Part shown: positions 40,110 through 53,619 of the stretch, one piece after another
How positions within the stretch are numbered: position 1 is the stretch's first letter
Layout of the letters: each line of letters opens with the position of its first letter
From: Lama guanicoe
Lineage: Eukaryota
Length of the DNA stretch: 64,000 bases
Reading direction: 5' to 3'
Assembly: GCA_013239625.1 (NCBI GenBank)
Contig: MU054187.1
Location: forward strand, 4,537,757-4,601,756
Translations under genes and position numbers: made by a program
The notes under the pieces: model-generated
Seen by the model: only the letters and a program-made list of their open reading frames with translations
What the model was told of the DNA's origin: nothing
Database searches by the model: none

Positions 40110-41019
40110 AAGGTGCTGCTAGTCTCCAGGATACACGGGCTTGTCAAGGGAAGGTTCAAATAGCCCTGTCTCTGCCCCGGGGGCCTCGGAAGGTGGGGAT
40201 GGGTGTTCTGCCATGGCTCTTGGCTCTCAGGTTCCTAGTACCAGAACATTCTGGAAGGGCTTGGTCCACTTCCAACGTTTCACGTCCCAGGGGATGTGTT
40301 GGGAATGTCGGAAGAGAGCACAGTTGTGCTTCTGATGCCAAGAGGAGAAATGTTCTAGGGTGACAGTGCTCACCATGTGGGTGAACGGGATTCATTCTGG
40401 GATATGTTCAGAGGTCGGCCAGCAATCAGCACATGAGGAGTTGAAAACTGAATGTTCTGTGCTGTTTGGAATTCATTTTGGAATTCATTTGGGCTGTGGC
40501 CAAAGGAGGATCTTCAGGTTTTCACGTGAGATGCGGTTCTTAGGTTATGATTAATGGCCCGTGAACATTTTTGCAAAAGCAAGTACTCTTGACATTTTCT
40601 GGAGAAAGCCCAAATTATAGCAATGTTGTCTCTCCCATTTCCCTCAAGAGGTAAACGTGGGTATGGTATTTTTTGCCATTTCTTTCTCTGTGCTCTTGGA
40701 TAATCTTGAAGATCTTGGAAAGTCTCATTTTTTTTCTAATTGTTCCTATATAGGCCATGTCTGGTTAAGCCTTTTCAAGGGGAATAGAACTAAATAAATA
40801 CTCTGAATCAAAGAACATCTCATTAATATTATAGCTAATCTCCAATTCTGTCTGTTTACCAATTGGATTCTGTACGATTTTCTTCAATCAAAAGATCTAC
40901 ATCATACTAGCTTCATTCCATGTTATTCCAAGGACAAAGCTAAGTAAGGAATTCTTTTCGTAGAAGTCGTATTAAATAGAAGCGCCATCACCTAAATCCT
41001 TCCCGACGAGTCAGGTCAT
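40110..41019 (-). pseudogene. Large decayed exon (~900 nt), S/T/P-rich in its 3' half
   Basis: Acceptor gcgtctttaaag before 41019. Long protein-like stretches are broken by scattered stops and frameshifts (e.g. RSSFGHSPNEFQNEFQTAQNIQFSTPHVLIAGRPLNISQNESRSPTW*ALSP*NISPLGIRSTTVLSSDIPNTSPGT*). The 3' boundary is uncertain. Confidence 0.5.
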
Positions 41020-43142
41020 CTTTAAAGACGCAGTAAATGGCCAGTTTTTACCTTCAGTTTGCTTTCAGGAAACCTACACGATCACCGTGCAGAACCACTT
41101 GACTTGCATGATGGTGAGTGGAATATAATGAAGCGCACTTTCTGATGCTGCGTGGAGGAGGCTTACAGCACCAGGTGTGCCATTCATGAAACCTGCCTTC
41201 AAGCGACCGTGGGAAACCAAGGCTTATTTACTCCGCTGTCCTGAATAACAGGTTAATTTTCCGTCCACAGTGCTGTGGAAAGAGGCAGGTTACGTAGGGT
41301 AGCTGGGGGACAATGCTGACACCTTCTCTATACACTCCCAAGCTGTTTGCCTTTCCAGAGCTGGGCTTTCTGGTGTTTTAAATGCTCCGAAGATGGAGAG
41401 GCCGCTGAGCACGGTGGGTGAGAGCGCGGTGTTGCGGCCCCACGGTCCGGTCTTCCAGTCACTGCCTGTGGAACTTGTGGCGAGACAGCCCACCTCCTTT
41501 GGCCCCAGCCTCCTCAATGGAGGGATAACAGAACAGACCTCCCAGAGCTGCTGTGGGCTCCCCATCCTGGGACACACGCGGAAAGCAGCCAGCAAAGTGC
41601 CGGGCCCTTGATCAAAGCTCTGTAAGTGCTGATTCATAGAACGGGAAACCCTAGAAGGGCCCACGTGCATTGTCCCCCCCCCCCCCGGCGATAAGCACTG
41701 CAACCACAGAAAACTGGTCTCACGCTGTAGGTGACCATTGTTGAGCCTTTTGTCAAACCAGTTGGTCGCCCTGGTTTTCTACCAAGTGTTCAAAGACAAT
41801 GACTATGCGGAGGGAAGAGAGGTCAGCCCTCGAGGCAGCGGCAGGGAAGCCCCGGAGGCGGCCTCACGTCTGGGTCTCACTTCTGGTCTCACTGTTCCTG
41901 AGAAGCAGGAGCCCAAAACACTCGAGTTTACCAAAATCCAACCTTAAGCACCCAGGTGTCTCTGTCTTCTTCTCTACCTGACTGATTCTCTCAGGCACAC
42001 GCGCGTGCACACACGCCCACACCTTCACGCTTGCTCGGGTCTCTGGTTTTTGTCCTGTTCCGCAGCTTTCCTTTTCCTCACCCACTTGTCCTGAGTGTGC
42101 GCCCCTGGGACCAGGGAGGCTCTCTCCTGATGGAGACAAGAGACGCCTCTGCTAATCTCGAAAACGCGAAGTCCCAACTCCTGGAATGAAGTGCCTCCTG
42201 GTGTCCCCGGGGGCCTGAGGCTCTTGAGGCGCCAGAATCCCTCAGGTGGCCAGTGAAACTGACCAGAGCTTCTGGTTCCTCCACTGACGGGACCCAGCGG
42301 TCTAGGACGGTGCCTGCCCGGCAGCAAGGGCATCATCTCCTCCCTCACAAGCGGCGATGGAATTCCGTCATGCCAAATCTTGCTGGTACCCGTTCAGCCT
42401 CTTGTACGGCCGGCCAGCTGAGGGACCTGGACACAGGCACCCCTCCTCAATTCCGTTCCCCTACACCCTTCCTCCCTCTGCGTCTGCATCCTCACCCTCA
42501 CTGTTATTCCAGGGAACCACACTCATTCTTCACTGAAAACACACCTTCACAGTTGGTTCTGCGCCCTGGAAGGGAGGCAAGCATGCACATTTCTTGCCCT
42601 TTGGCTGAAGGTCTACCTCTTACTAACTAACCTGCTTTCTTTGTGACAGGTCGTACTGCCCCAGAACACTGCATCATTTACATTCAATCCAGGCATATTT
42701 ACTCTAACACACAATGACCATAGGTGCATTGGAAAATAAAGAGTTGCTTGGAAACCCTCAGAATGTAAGCAAAATGTAAACAGATAGCCCAATCTACATT
42801 CTTTGGGGCCCACAGCATGAAACGCACCCATTAATCCCCAAGACCCAACAAACACAAAAGAAAATGTGTATCACACTGGAAAAAAATGGAGTCTTCTGAA
42901 AAAATGTAGTGAGGTCATGTGATTTCTGTTTCACTCTTGTCTCCGGGTGTTCACATAGGTATTTTAGAAAACAGCCCCCAGAAAAGACGCTCGGGGGGCA
43001 AACTGTTTAACAGTGTTAAAGCCAAACTGGTTCTCTGGCCTGTCATGAGCCCGACGTCCCCACACCGTCTCGGTCCCTCCCTGACTCCACACACTGAGCG
43101 CCGTCAGCACAGCGAAGCGGCCTCTCATGGCGTCGTCTACAC

Positions 43143-43287
43143 CTCTGTTTTAGTGCTATGTTCATCCTTCTCTGTTCAGGAGAATCAGGCAAGGCTGTCT
43201 TTCTCTCATAATAGTCATTCAGATGCCACTGACTATACTGTTTCATTCTGACTCTGGCCTTTGCTAAACTGACACCAAAGCTAGTTT
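43143..43287 (-). pseudogene. Exon, 145 nt, frame still open
   Basis: ctctttgttgacag acceptor and gtgtag donor; ETSFGVSLAKARVRMKQYSQWHLNDYYERKTALPDSPEQRRMNIALKQ (part of ORF 43043..43396). Confidence 0.55.
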
Positions 43288-43859
43288 CTGTCAACAAAGA
43301 GACTCTTACTAATGTGACGTCCAGTGAGAGGACCAGCCTGGTTTCGGAGGCTGGAGTCATGTGATGTGGAAACCCCCCCAGGCCGGGGAAAACCATCCCT
43401 GAACCCTGAGGCAGGAATCCAAGTTCCTGCTCAAGAGCTTACAGAGGTCACCTGGGGCCCCGATGAGGCCGTTTCTCAGGGTACTAACTGGCCTTGTGTC
43501 CACGACAGAAACAAAGGGGAACGTCAAGGCCACAATCTGGATGATTCAAACAGCATTTTAAGGGACTCCGAGAGCTAAATAAAGGAAACAAAAATAAAGC
43601 CAGCAGCCGACCTCCCAGAGACATTCTGAAGACACACTGAACACTAGAAGCGAAGGCTTTATGGACCACGTGGGAGGCAAGAAGGCCTTTGTTAAAGTGA
43701 AAGCCGGATTTGCCTCATCCGTGATCACCATGTTGTTTACGTGAGAATTGCACCTTAGTTCTGCTGACCTTTTTAGTGATGGTTCTTAGTTTTTCTGTTC
43801 ACGATGCCTTTATTTTGCCTGTGCTTTCATGCTTTTTATAACATTCCATAAGCGTGTTC

Positions 43860-44700
43860 ATACACTAATTTATTGGACAGATATTCAGTGCGTGTTATTA
43901 TGTCCCAGGCATTGCACTAGTGAACATAAGAGAGGCAGGCGAGGAGCAGGGAGACCACCGGAGAAGTCACTGCGGGCAGCCAGGTGAGAAGTGATGGCGC
44001 CGCGGCCTACGTGTCAGCAATGAAGTTGCTGGGAAGTGATCGGATCCTGAGTGTGTGCTGGAGGGAAAATGGACAGGATCGGTTGACGGGTTAGACGGGA
44101 CACGTTGCAGGGCAGGAGGCAAAGAAGACCTTAAAGATTTTTGACGGGAGTCACTGCCAGTTCGGGGATGGAAGTGGCCAGGGACCAGTCCTGGACATGT
44201 TATCGTCAAGACGCTGATGAGCATCGGAGTGGACGGGGCGAGCCAGCAGCTGGACACACTCGTTCAGAATGCGAGGGAAGGATCTGGGCTGTGACAGAAG
44301 TTTGGGAGGCACTGGAAGCAGATAGCAGCTAAACCGTGAGCCCGGATAAGCTCTCCAGGGAAGAAGTGAGAAGGGCGCTGGCTCCGTCCTTAAGAAGATG
44401 AAGCGGAGCCAGCGTCCAGGACCAAGAAAGAGCAGGCAGGAAGGCCCGGGCCGTGTCCTGGGGGCTGACTGAAGCCGGCATGCCAGGGAAGGGAGCAAGC
44501 CCCCGTGTCCTTGTCACTGAGCGCCCGGGGTGGTTGACCGCTGCACTTAGCGACATGGAAGTCACTGGCAATACTGAGAAGCAATTTCAGGAGCCTGAGA
44601 GAGGCAAAACCCTGACCGGAATAAATTCAAGCGAGGTTGAGAGAAGGAAAATCAGAGCCTGCACGTGTAGACAACTATCTCGAGGAATTCTGCTGTAAAT
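43860..44700 (-). mobile_element. L2 LINE fragment
   Basis: L2-like tatgtcccaggcattgcactag...gacatggaagtcactggcaat...gcaatttcag. Confidence 0.6.
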
Positions 44701-44764
44701 AGACGGGGAGTCGCTGGAGGGGAAGGACAGTTAACAGAGTTTTTGTTTTGTTTTGATTTTTTAT

Positions 44765-45170
44765 TTTTACACCACAAACTGAGTGGCTTAAAACAGCAGA
44801 AGTTTATTTGCTCACAATTCTAGAAGCTCAGAGTCCAAAATAAAGGGGTCAGCAGGGCGGTGCTCCACTCCAGGGACTCAAGGGGAGAATCCTTCCTTGC
44901 CTGTGGCCACATCATGCCAATTTCTGCCTGCGTGGCCACCCTGCCTCCTCCGCCTTCTGTGTGTGTCCAGTGCCCCTCTGCCTCTCTCTTACAAGACACC
45001 TGTGGTCACATCTAGGGACCACCATACAACCCAGGACTATCTCCCCATCTCAACGTTCTTAACTTTAATCACATCCGCAAAGACCCTTTTTCCAAATAAG
45101 TTCACATTCACAGGCCCCAGGGATTAGAACACGACACACCTTTGGGTGCCGTCATCAGCCGACCGTGTAA
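44765..45170 (-). mobile_element. MLT1 LTR
   Basis: accacaaactgagtggcttaaaacagcagaagtttatt...tttccaaataagttcacattcacagg. Confidence 0.85.
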
Positions 45171-45389
45171 GGAGGTGACAGTGATCCAACGGAGGAGGTA
45201 AAAATGATGATGCAGGAGAGGAGAGAATTACCACGCCCTTGAGTGGGACAGAAGGAACTGAAGCAGCGCACAAGGAGAAAGTTTAGCCCAGGTGATGGAC
45301 AATTCATCAGTAGTATCGTAAGCGACATAATTTTGTTTTTCAGCTTCAGAAGGCTTCCTCTAACTTCACTGTACGTGCTGGTCTTTATC

Positions 45390-45946
45390 TGTATTGGTTC
45401 CCGATGGCTGCTTAACCAAGTATGACAAAGTTAGCCACGCAGAACCACACACATTAGTTATCTCCTTTTTCTATCAGTCAGGAGTCTGGGCACCACCCAG
45501 CTGGGGTCCCTGCATCTGGGTCTCCGCAGGCTGCAGTCCAGGAGCAGGCAGGGCTGCGGTCTCATCAGAGGCTCGCTGGGGAAAGGTCTGATTCCAAGCT
45601 CCTCAAGCTGGTGGCAGAATTCATTTTCCTGAGACTGCGGGACTAAAGATTTAATTTCTAGCTGGAGGCCACCTTCAGCCCCCAGAGGCCGCTCACAGTT
45701 CCTTGACATGTGGTTCCAACACGGGCATTTACTTTGGGCCGCTTGCTTCTTCAAGCTGAAAGGGACGCCTCCTAGCATGTCCACAAGACAGACATGTCGA
45801 AACCCTCATGACCGGGGCCATATAACGTAGCCTGATCTTGGGAGTGACATCCCATCACTTCTGCCAAATCCTTTTCCTTGGGAACAAATCACAAATCCTG
45901 CTCACACAAGGGCACTCAAGGGCATGACACCAGGATGTCTGCCACA
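45390..45946 (-). mobile_element. MLT1 LTR
   Basis: tgtattggttcc...gtggcagaattcattttcctg...gggagtgacatcccatcac...ctgccaca. Confidence 0.8.
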
Positions 45947-46289
45947 TTCATGATCAAGTTGAAACTGGGTCAAATAGCCATAGATTTAGTTAACTCTCAC
46001 ATTTTTTTTATCATTAAAATAGAAAATAGACAAGGAGGATATTTTTATCTGGCACCTGGGGATAAAGTCAGACTCTGCTTTTACACAATGGAAGTGCGGC
46101 CTTTGAACAAAGGATGAACCAAGAAACGAGGACAAGCCAGTGTAGACCATCTGGATGATAAGCGTAAGAAGTCAACAAGCTTCTGCTTGAAAAAAAGCAT
46201 ATTTGATGCACTTTTCTTATTCTACCCACACACCCAAGGATTAGGGGTCGAAAGGACCTCACTGCACTGATCACAGAAAAACAGCACTG

Positions 46290-46490
46290 GATTCTGTTGA
46301 CAAGCTGTTATGCACTGTCATCTTGGCATCTTGGTCAAATTATTATCTCAAAGCCTCAGTTTCTTTATCTGCAAATGGGAATCACAAAGGTTTCCATCCT
46401 ACGGCTCTCTTGGGAGAACTGAATCAGATCATCCTTCGGGGATGATCCATCAGGGTGTTTGGCAGATATTAAGAGCAAGTAAATATTGAC
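46290..46490 (+). mobile_element. MIR SINE
   Basis: agcctcagtttctttatctgcaaatgggaat. Confidence 0.75.
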
Positions 46491-46506
46491 GGTGATGCTT
46501 ATTACT

Positions 46507-46590
46507 TTTTTAACGGCAGTGCTGGGGACAGAACCCAGGACCTCATGCATGCTAAGCACATGTTCTACCCCTGAGCTATGACCGCGCATC
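46507..46590 (-). mobile_element. Short tRNA-derived camelid SINE
   Basis: Minus strand reads tagctcaggggtagaacatgtgcttagcatgcatgaggtcctgggttctgtccccagcac; perfect 12-bp TSD atgcttattact (46495, 46591). Confidence 0.9.
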
Positions 46591-47784
46591 ATGCTTATTA
46601 CTATCAACCTGACTCAGTCCGTAGCCAGAATTTGACAGCCCCATGAAAACAAGACAATATGTACAATAGGTTATACACTTGATTTTTCAAGTGTACCTGT
46701 TGTTTAATGGTTATGTTACCTTCCCAATATTTCCCATATACACAGGTCAAGTGGTACAACCAGATTGTAGTTAAGTGGGAAGTTTCTGAATTTTACCTGC
46801 TTCTGAATTCTGTTTCCCATTTAAAGCCATAGGACCACAGGAAGCCACATCCACGGGGCTCACTTCCCTCACCTGGAAGTTGAGGATAATTGCTGTGCTC
46901 CTCTCGTAGGGTGTGGTTAAGATTACATGGGCTAATTTGCGTTAAGCAATTAATCTACTGCCCAGCAGGGAGGAGGTGTTCAGTGCACAGTAGCCAGAAG
47001 CAGCAGAATAGTCCAGTAAATGATGCCCAGGCCCTTTGAAACATCAGTAGGAAAAGTATTACCTATATTAATGCGTGTGGGTACCTTTCTATGTGTTCCA
47101 CCATTGACTTCTGATTGTCAGGTAAGTCAGTGTTTCTATTACAATCTGGGGATTAAGGACCAATAAATAGTCTTTAGGATTTCAGGACTGGTAATTTTTT
47201 TTTTAATATTTAGAGCTTTTGTTTGTTCGTTTCCTAGAACCAAATAAGTGGGAAAAAAGACTTCAGTGCAATTTAGAGGTCAGTTTTCCAAATGGAATGA
47301 ATTTGGCTTTACGAAAACTCTTTTTTCTTTTTTTTCTCCTGGTCATGTGGGACCAGTGCTACCTGTAAACCAATGGAGTCATAACAAAAGTAACGGTGAG
47401 AGCCAAGACAGGAATGGAAAAGCAAACCTGCGGGGTGATTTCCCTTCTCCAGCTGAGAGCAGGGGCTGGAACCTCCCCGTCCCATCGCGGAAACGCAGGG
47501 AAGGTGTATGTGGGGAACAGCTGTAAGGCCTTAAACCAGGCCTTAAATCACCAGGAGGAAGAAAGGTTTTACTTAAACCATGAGCCTAGTCACTCATCCT
47601 TAATATCACCACGTTCCCCTTGTATGTAGTCTTCTGCCTAGACAGACATAGTCAACTTTGCAAACTTCTTTACAAATCTCTCTAACATACCGTTCAGTCA
47701 TTTCTCTTCCTTACCCCTCTCCCTTTTTCATTACTTCTGAAACTTTTTAACCTATGTAATCTTTTCACAATGAGTTTCCCCAAC

Positions 47785-48594
47785 CTGATCATACTCTAAA
47801 GGCGCCAATGCAGTTATAGCATTTGCTGAAAATACAGAGGTGAGGTGCACTCCAGGAACTTCCATTTTTCAGTGAGCTTTTGGCAGCTGCAGAGAGTTAA
47901 TGGGAACTGAATTGTATTTAATGCTGTGGGAAGGAAAATCCCTTTTCCTCAGAGATACGTGCTTTCTAAAGAATTTCGAAGGCTAAGCACTTCGGCACTA
48001 AATTCCTTAGCAATCTGTACATACAATTAATTTTATTACCGCTTTTCCCATTTGGCGCTTTTGCTGTGGGAAAAGGCAAATTCTGTCCTCAGCAGTTTTC
48101 TTTCAACTCATTCTGTACATGATGAGCCGGATTCTCTAACATGGCATCAGCAGACGGGATCTGGCTGAACAAAGAGAGGAAATTGAAAGACGGGAGACTG
48201 TCTGAGATTTGAAATGGGCAGAAGCATTATGTGACACTATGTCACCTACGGGGAGACGGTGTCACATTGAAGCTTTTTCTCAGCTGCAACATTTCTTTAG
48301 ATTCAATTTTTTTTTGGCATAAAAAATTGGGACTTTTGTGAAAAAGTAGAAACTTCATCTCACAAAGAAAATCCCATTATGAGGGTGAAGAATAGAGGCC
48401 TTTCCTCTCGAAGCTGCACACCCGGTCTTCAATGAGTTTGCTACTGAAAATTTTCCTTCTAAATTTAAGAGGGAAAGGTACAAGCCGTGCCCCCAAGGTC
48501 AAGGTGCTATGAAGGCGAATTGACAGAGGCCCATTGGAAACTGCCTTCTCTGAACTCCCCTGTGATGGGCCGACCACAGCAAGGGAGGGCTTTT
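47785..48594 (-). pseudogene. Exon cluster 48594-48422, 48282-48250, 48063-48040, 47923-47785
   Basis: Acceptors ttttctctccag, gttgcag, cttttcccacag and ccttcccacag; donors gtgtgc, gtaggt, gtaata and gttggg. Translations include EKPSLAVVGPSQGSSEKAVSNGPLSIRLHSTLTLGARLVPFPLKFRRKIFSSKLIEDR and ALNTIQFPLTLCSCQKLTEKWKFLECTSPLYFQQML*. Confidence 0.6.
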
Positions 48595-48989
48595 CTGGAG
48601 AGAAAACCACGGAGCCTGAGGAGTGAACAGTATTGATGTGTTTTACTCCTCCATCTCCTTTGGCAATCTCCGAGCACTAGAACGAAATCTAGTAAAATGT
48701 CAGTCTCCTAAGTTCAAACTCCAGTGAACCAAAGACCACAGACACAAAATGGGAAAGAGAAAAAGAAAAAAGGGGAAATGCTTAAGAAAAGCTCTCTTTC
48801 TCAATTTACATTGTAGTCTGTTTTCCCAAAGAAAATCAGAAGATGCGATTGTGACTTAGTCCATGGCCCACCCCTCAAAATGTTACTGAAAATAACTGCT
48901 TATAATTTACTGTGTAGTATCTATTTCTCTTTTTAACCTTACTCAGTAAGTGCGACCTTTAAGTAAAGATGAGGTTCAATAAAACAGGT

Positions 48990-50706
48990 AGGAGGCCACT
49001 TTTGGTTCCAGCTCTGACATGAACTGAGCTTAGAAATTTGCCACTCCTGGTCTTCATAGACAAACGGAAAAGGAATGACTTTGCTCGGAGCCCTCGAAGA
49101 ACAGAGGTTGCAGGGCCAACCCCACCCTGAAATCTAGAAACACAGGAGGATCCAGAGAGTCACACTTGCCCAGAGCAGAAGCTGCTGGAGTTGCAAGCTG
49201 GGAGGAAACGAGTAAACAGCAATGTAGACAAGTTACTGGAGGCAGAGGATGGGCGAGCGTGAGACGGAGCCACTCCGAGGGGTTTAACTCGGGAACCTCA
49301 CCAGGATCTCGCGGGGGAGGCCCAGGAACGATGCCCCAGTGTCTCTGGCGGAGGGAGGAGAGACCTCACCACCGTGAACGGTCAAGAGGTCCCTCCGTTA
49401 CAAAGCCTCCTCTCCTGGGAAAGGACCTCACCAGAGCCTTGTCTCCTGGGAAGCTGAGAGGGAACCACCCCACCCCAGCCCCCTCTGGCCTTCCTGTCTC
49501 ACCTAAGGGGAATTTTTTTTTTTAAATTTTAGAAACACTTGTGAAGGTTTTAGCCCACAGACACAAGCCCACTGAAAATCTACAATTTAATCATGACTAT
49601 AGAGCTTTGCCCCCACTATTATAGGACCCCTGTAGGATAAAGTGTATTACAGCAAGATGCAGTCTCTGTCTGAGGAAGAGGATTTAGGGAAGCCCAGAGA
49701 CAACAGGGAGACCAAAAACAAGAGCGACAGTGTCATTTAAAGCCCCTGGCTCCCAAGCTACTCCAAACACTGAACACTGCCCAGCTCCTAGATAGACTAA
49801 CATAAAACCTCACACGAAAATTCCACTAGCTTCAGTTCCTGTGACATGATACAGCACATCTAGTTTTCAACAACAACAACAACAAATGACAAGACATACT
49901 AAAATTCCAGACGAAACACAGTCTGAAGGCACAAAGCGAACATCGAAACCAGACTCAGATGAGATACACAGTTTTGGCAATTATCACAGAGGGAATTTAA
50001 AATAACCATGATCAATATGATAAGGGCTCTAATGAAAGACATAGACAACATGCAAGATAAGATCACTATGTAAACGGAAAAAAATGGAAATTTTAAGAAA
50101 GCATCAAAAGGAAATGCTACAAGCCAGAAGCACTGTAATTAGCGGACACTGCCTTGGATGGGCTCTTTGGTAGACTGGACCCCAGCAAAGAAAGAATCAG
50201 TGAGCCTGAAGATAAGTCAATAGGAATTTCCTAAACTGGAATGAAAATAGAACAAAAAGAATGAATAAGACAGCACAGGACATCTAGTTACTGTGGGGCA
50301 GTTTTCAACAGTGTAACTCACATGCAGTGGTTATATCAGAACTAGAAGAGAGAGGAACTGGAGCAGAGGAAATATTTAACTCAGAACGGCCAAGAATTTT
50401 ACTAAACTAATGATAGACAACAAATCAAAGCTTCAGCAAGCTCAGAGAACACCCAGAAAGACGAATGCCAAAAATCTACACCTAGGCATCTCATATTCAC
50501 ACTGCAGAAAGCCACAGAAAAGAAAAAAGCCTGAAAGAGGCTAGCGGGGAGAAACACTTTACTTGCAGAGAAACAAGAATGCGGATGCAGTCTTCTCATC
50601 AGAATCAACCACTTTAAATTCATATTGAATTACTTTAAATATGAATGATCTAAAATCACCAATTAAAAGACCGAGGTCCTCGGAGTGGATTTAAAAACAA
50701 GAGCCC
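48990..50706 (+). mobile_element. Old L1 5' UTR/ORF1 fragment
   Basis: gggaatttaaaataaccatgatcaatatgataagggctctaatg...agaaagaatcagtgagcctgaagata...aaatcaccaattaaaagac. Confidence 0.85.
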
Positions 50707-50969
50707 AGGGCACACTCCTGTGGGAACTATATATCTACATAACCATTTATTTTTAAATACCTACATATTCTTTTAAGTAATATCTTTTAAGCAATTTTTA
50801 TTCTCTTTATTTTAAATAATGAAGAAATCTTATTGCTAGTGTGTCTCCATTTAAACTGCCTCTGACATCCTTTTTGGATCACTTTAGGGTAAGGTACAAA
50901 TCTAAATTTAGTCTTTTATATTTATTAGCTGTTGTCTTTTGAAAGAGACATTAGGTCAATATAGCTTAC

Positions 50970-51012
50970 CCTGTTATCTTTCGTAACAACATAGCTCAAG
51001 AATTTCTTTGCG
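50970..51012 (-). pseudogene. Candidate 43-nt exon (AKKFLSYVVTKDNR)
   Basis: Poly-T tract plus gag acceptor, gtaagc donor, open frame. Confidence 0.4.
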
Positions 51013-52366
51013 CTCAAAAAAAAGGTAATGTGAAAGTAAGATTCTTACTGATTTGGATAAATATAAATACTAACCCTTCTACTTGTGCACTTGTAATTCT
51101 CCATTCTCCTTAGAGGGATTTTTAAAATCTCTCTTATGTTCATTCTTCTATTACTTCATTTTGTGTCACTTCCTTTTTTTTTTTTTTTGCCTTTGTGTCT
51201 CTCCGACCAAGCTGACTTCACGTCAAATCATTCTCACAATAATGTATTTCAAAATGATTTATATGCAAAAAAGTAAAAGCAACTGCACTGATGTGCAAAT
51301 GTTAAATCCCCCAGGTTCCCAGACTTGGAACACGGCTCAAGAACTAGACTTTGCTAATTTGCAAAGTGTTTGCACAGAAGAATCAGTGTCACTGTATCAC
51401 CCTTCTACTGTCTTCTCAAATTGTCATCTACCAACCTGAAATTGCCTGGCTGTGATCAAGCAGACAAGAGTCAAAACCACATTTTTTAAGCAAAAGTACT
51501 TCAATGACCTCAAAACATAGCACATGATATGCTCCCGAGTCCTTCCCTAAGCATTTCTTTTATTTACTCTAGTTTCACGTAATAGGAAGTTACTCTGTCT
51601 CTTTAGGGCTCCTGTTCCTTGGCTAAGTAAAGCAGTCTATGATTCAAGGGACGGTGAATAGAATTTAATACTCCACATTGACCTTAAAAGCTGTAAGTCT
51701 ATTTCATTTTCCTTAATATTTCTTAACTGAAAGACAATACAGAGAAAAGCCAGTGTTGGGGAGGGCTTGGCTCGCGGCTGGAGGAGCTGCACCTTTGCGT
51801 CCCTGGCACTGCAAGAGAATCCCAGGGACTTCACTCAGTCCTGCCAATTTGATGTTGAAAAATAAATCCCATTCAATTCAATCTGCACAAAAATCAAACA
51901 AAGACATTCATTTTCTTATTTGTTTCAGCTTATGGGAATAGGAGTAAGTTATCCAGATTTTGTTTCACTGAAGTTAGTATTTCAAGGTTTTCTTTTTTCC
52001 TCCCCAGTATGTTCCATGGACCCACTCTGCAATGGTATCTTTGGGAGTTAAGCACCAAGCAACAGAGACATTCTGAACATATTGATTACCAAGTAAAATG
52101 GTTTCCCTGGCAACCATAACTCAGTGAAAGCCCACAGAACTGCCTTCCTTTCAAACATGATTTTTTTTCCTAATGATTTCAGACATCACAGATGGCACAA
52201 ACAGATACGAAAGTACCGGCTCAAACTATGTTGCTGCAAAAATAAAGCTGATTCAGCGAGAGACACTCTGCTCCGTTCTGTGATGAGCTAATATATTTCT
52301 AATTTTAGTACAATTTTTCAATGATTATGAAATGAATTCATTCCTCTGTGCATTGCACTATGTGAA

Positions 52367-52842
52367 TGTATTTGTTTTATTACTGCCATAATAAACCACC
52401 ACAAACTTAGTGGCTTTAAAATAATAAACATTTATTATCTTACAGTTCTGCAGGTGAGGAGTCTGACACATGTCTCACTGGACTAAAATACAGTGTCAGC
52501 AGGATCACATTTTTCCCTGGAGGCTCTAAAGGAGAACCCATTGTCTTGCCTTTTCCAGTTTCTAGAAGACACCTGCATTCCTTGGCTCAGGCCCCCCTCA
52601 TCTCTTTTTCAAGCTGGCAACATGTTTCCTCCACCATCACTTCATAAGTAGAGATTTTTGCTTTTAAAGACTCTTCTGATTATACTGGGGCCACCTGGAT
52701 AATCCAGAATTATCTCCCCATCTCAGTGCCATATTCTTAACAACCTCTGCAAAGTCCCTTTGGTCGTGTAAGGTAACACATTCACCTGTGCTAGGCATTA
52801 GGCCATGGAGGTCCTCAAAGGGCCCTTATACTGCCTGCCACA
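52367..52842 (-). mobile_element. MLT1 LTR
   Basis: tgtatt...accacaaacttagtggcttt...catttattatcttacagttctg...ctgcctgccaca. Confidence 0.88.
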
Positions 52843-52965
52843 ATGAGCCCACTATGCAGCACACTGACAAAATGAAGATGCTTCTCAAAATATTGATGTG
52901 CAATGGAACATACACTTTGAACTGTTTCTTTTAAGTACTGGTGATTATTTCACCTTGATTTAAAG

Positions 52966-53185
52966 CAGAGATCAGCAAACCTTTTCTGTAAGGAGCAGAC
53001 CCTATATGTATTTGGCTTTGCCAGCCACTCAGTCTCTGTTACAACTATTCAATTCTGCCATCGTAGCATGAAAGCGACCATTGACAAAACATGAACGAAT
53101 GAGTTTGGCTGTGTTTCAATAAAATTTCTGTACAAACACAGGCAGTGGGCCAGAGTTGGCCTGTGGGCTATGGTTTGCTGGTTTG
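52966..53185. mobile_element. MER58-like hAT-Charlie MITE
   Basis: cagagatcagcaaaccttttctgtaa...ggctgtgtttcaataaaattt...ggcctgtgggctatggtttgc. Confidence 0.85.
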
Positions 53186-53619
53186 TAAACTAGAGCTATG
53201 AAATCTCTCATCCCGTAAGTAAAATCTGACTTACAGTTTCAAAACTGAGATCTCCTTTTTCGGATATAGGAGATAATAAATGAAAAGTCTTCACTTGGCC
53301 TCTTCAACAATATAATGAAGAATACAAGCGTTCTTCACTGTCATAAAGCCCTTGCTGAGTACCAGTGATAGGGAATAAGACCACAGAGAGCCAGAAGACG
53401 GAGAGTCAGCCCTCCGGGGGCTTGTAATATAGTTGGACGGGTGACACATATTCATTCAAAGGTAAGAACATACTTTTTGATCTATACGTTTAGTTGAATA
53501 CATTATTTAACCTCCAAAAATATCATCTTTAAAAAAGCACACAGTGGGAGCTCCACTTCCAGGGAGTTCCACTGCTCGTAATGGCAGCAAGCTTTCAATT
53601 GAACTAATAACCCTCCTGC

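Noticed and set aside
51594..51690. Possible 97-nt exon
   Set aside because: Purine-rich acceptor region and three stops in the phase-matching frame; not distinguishable from chance.
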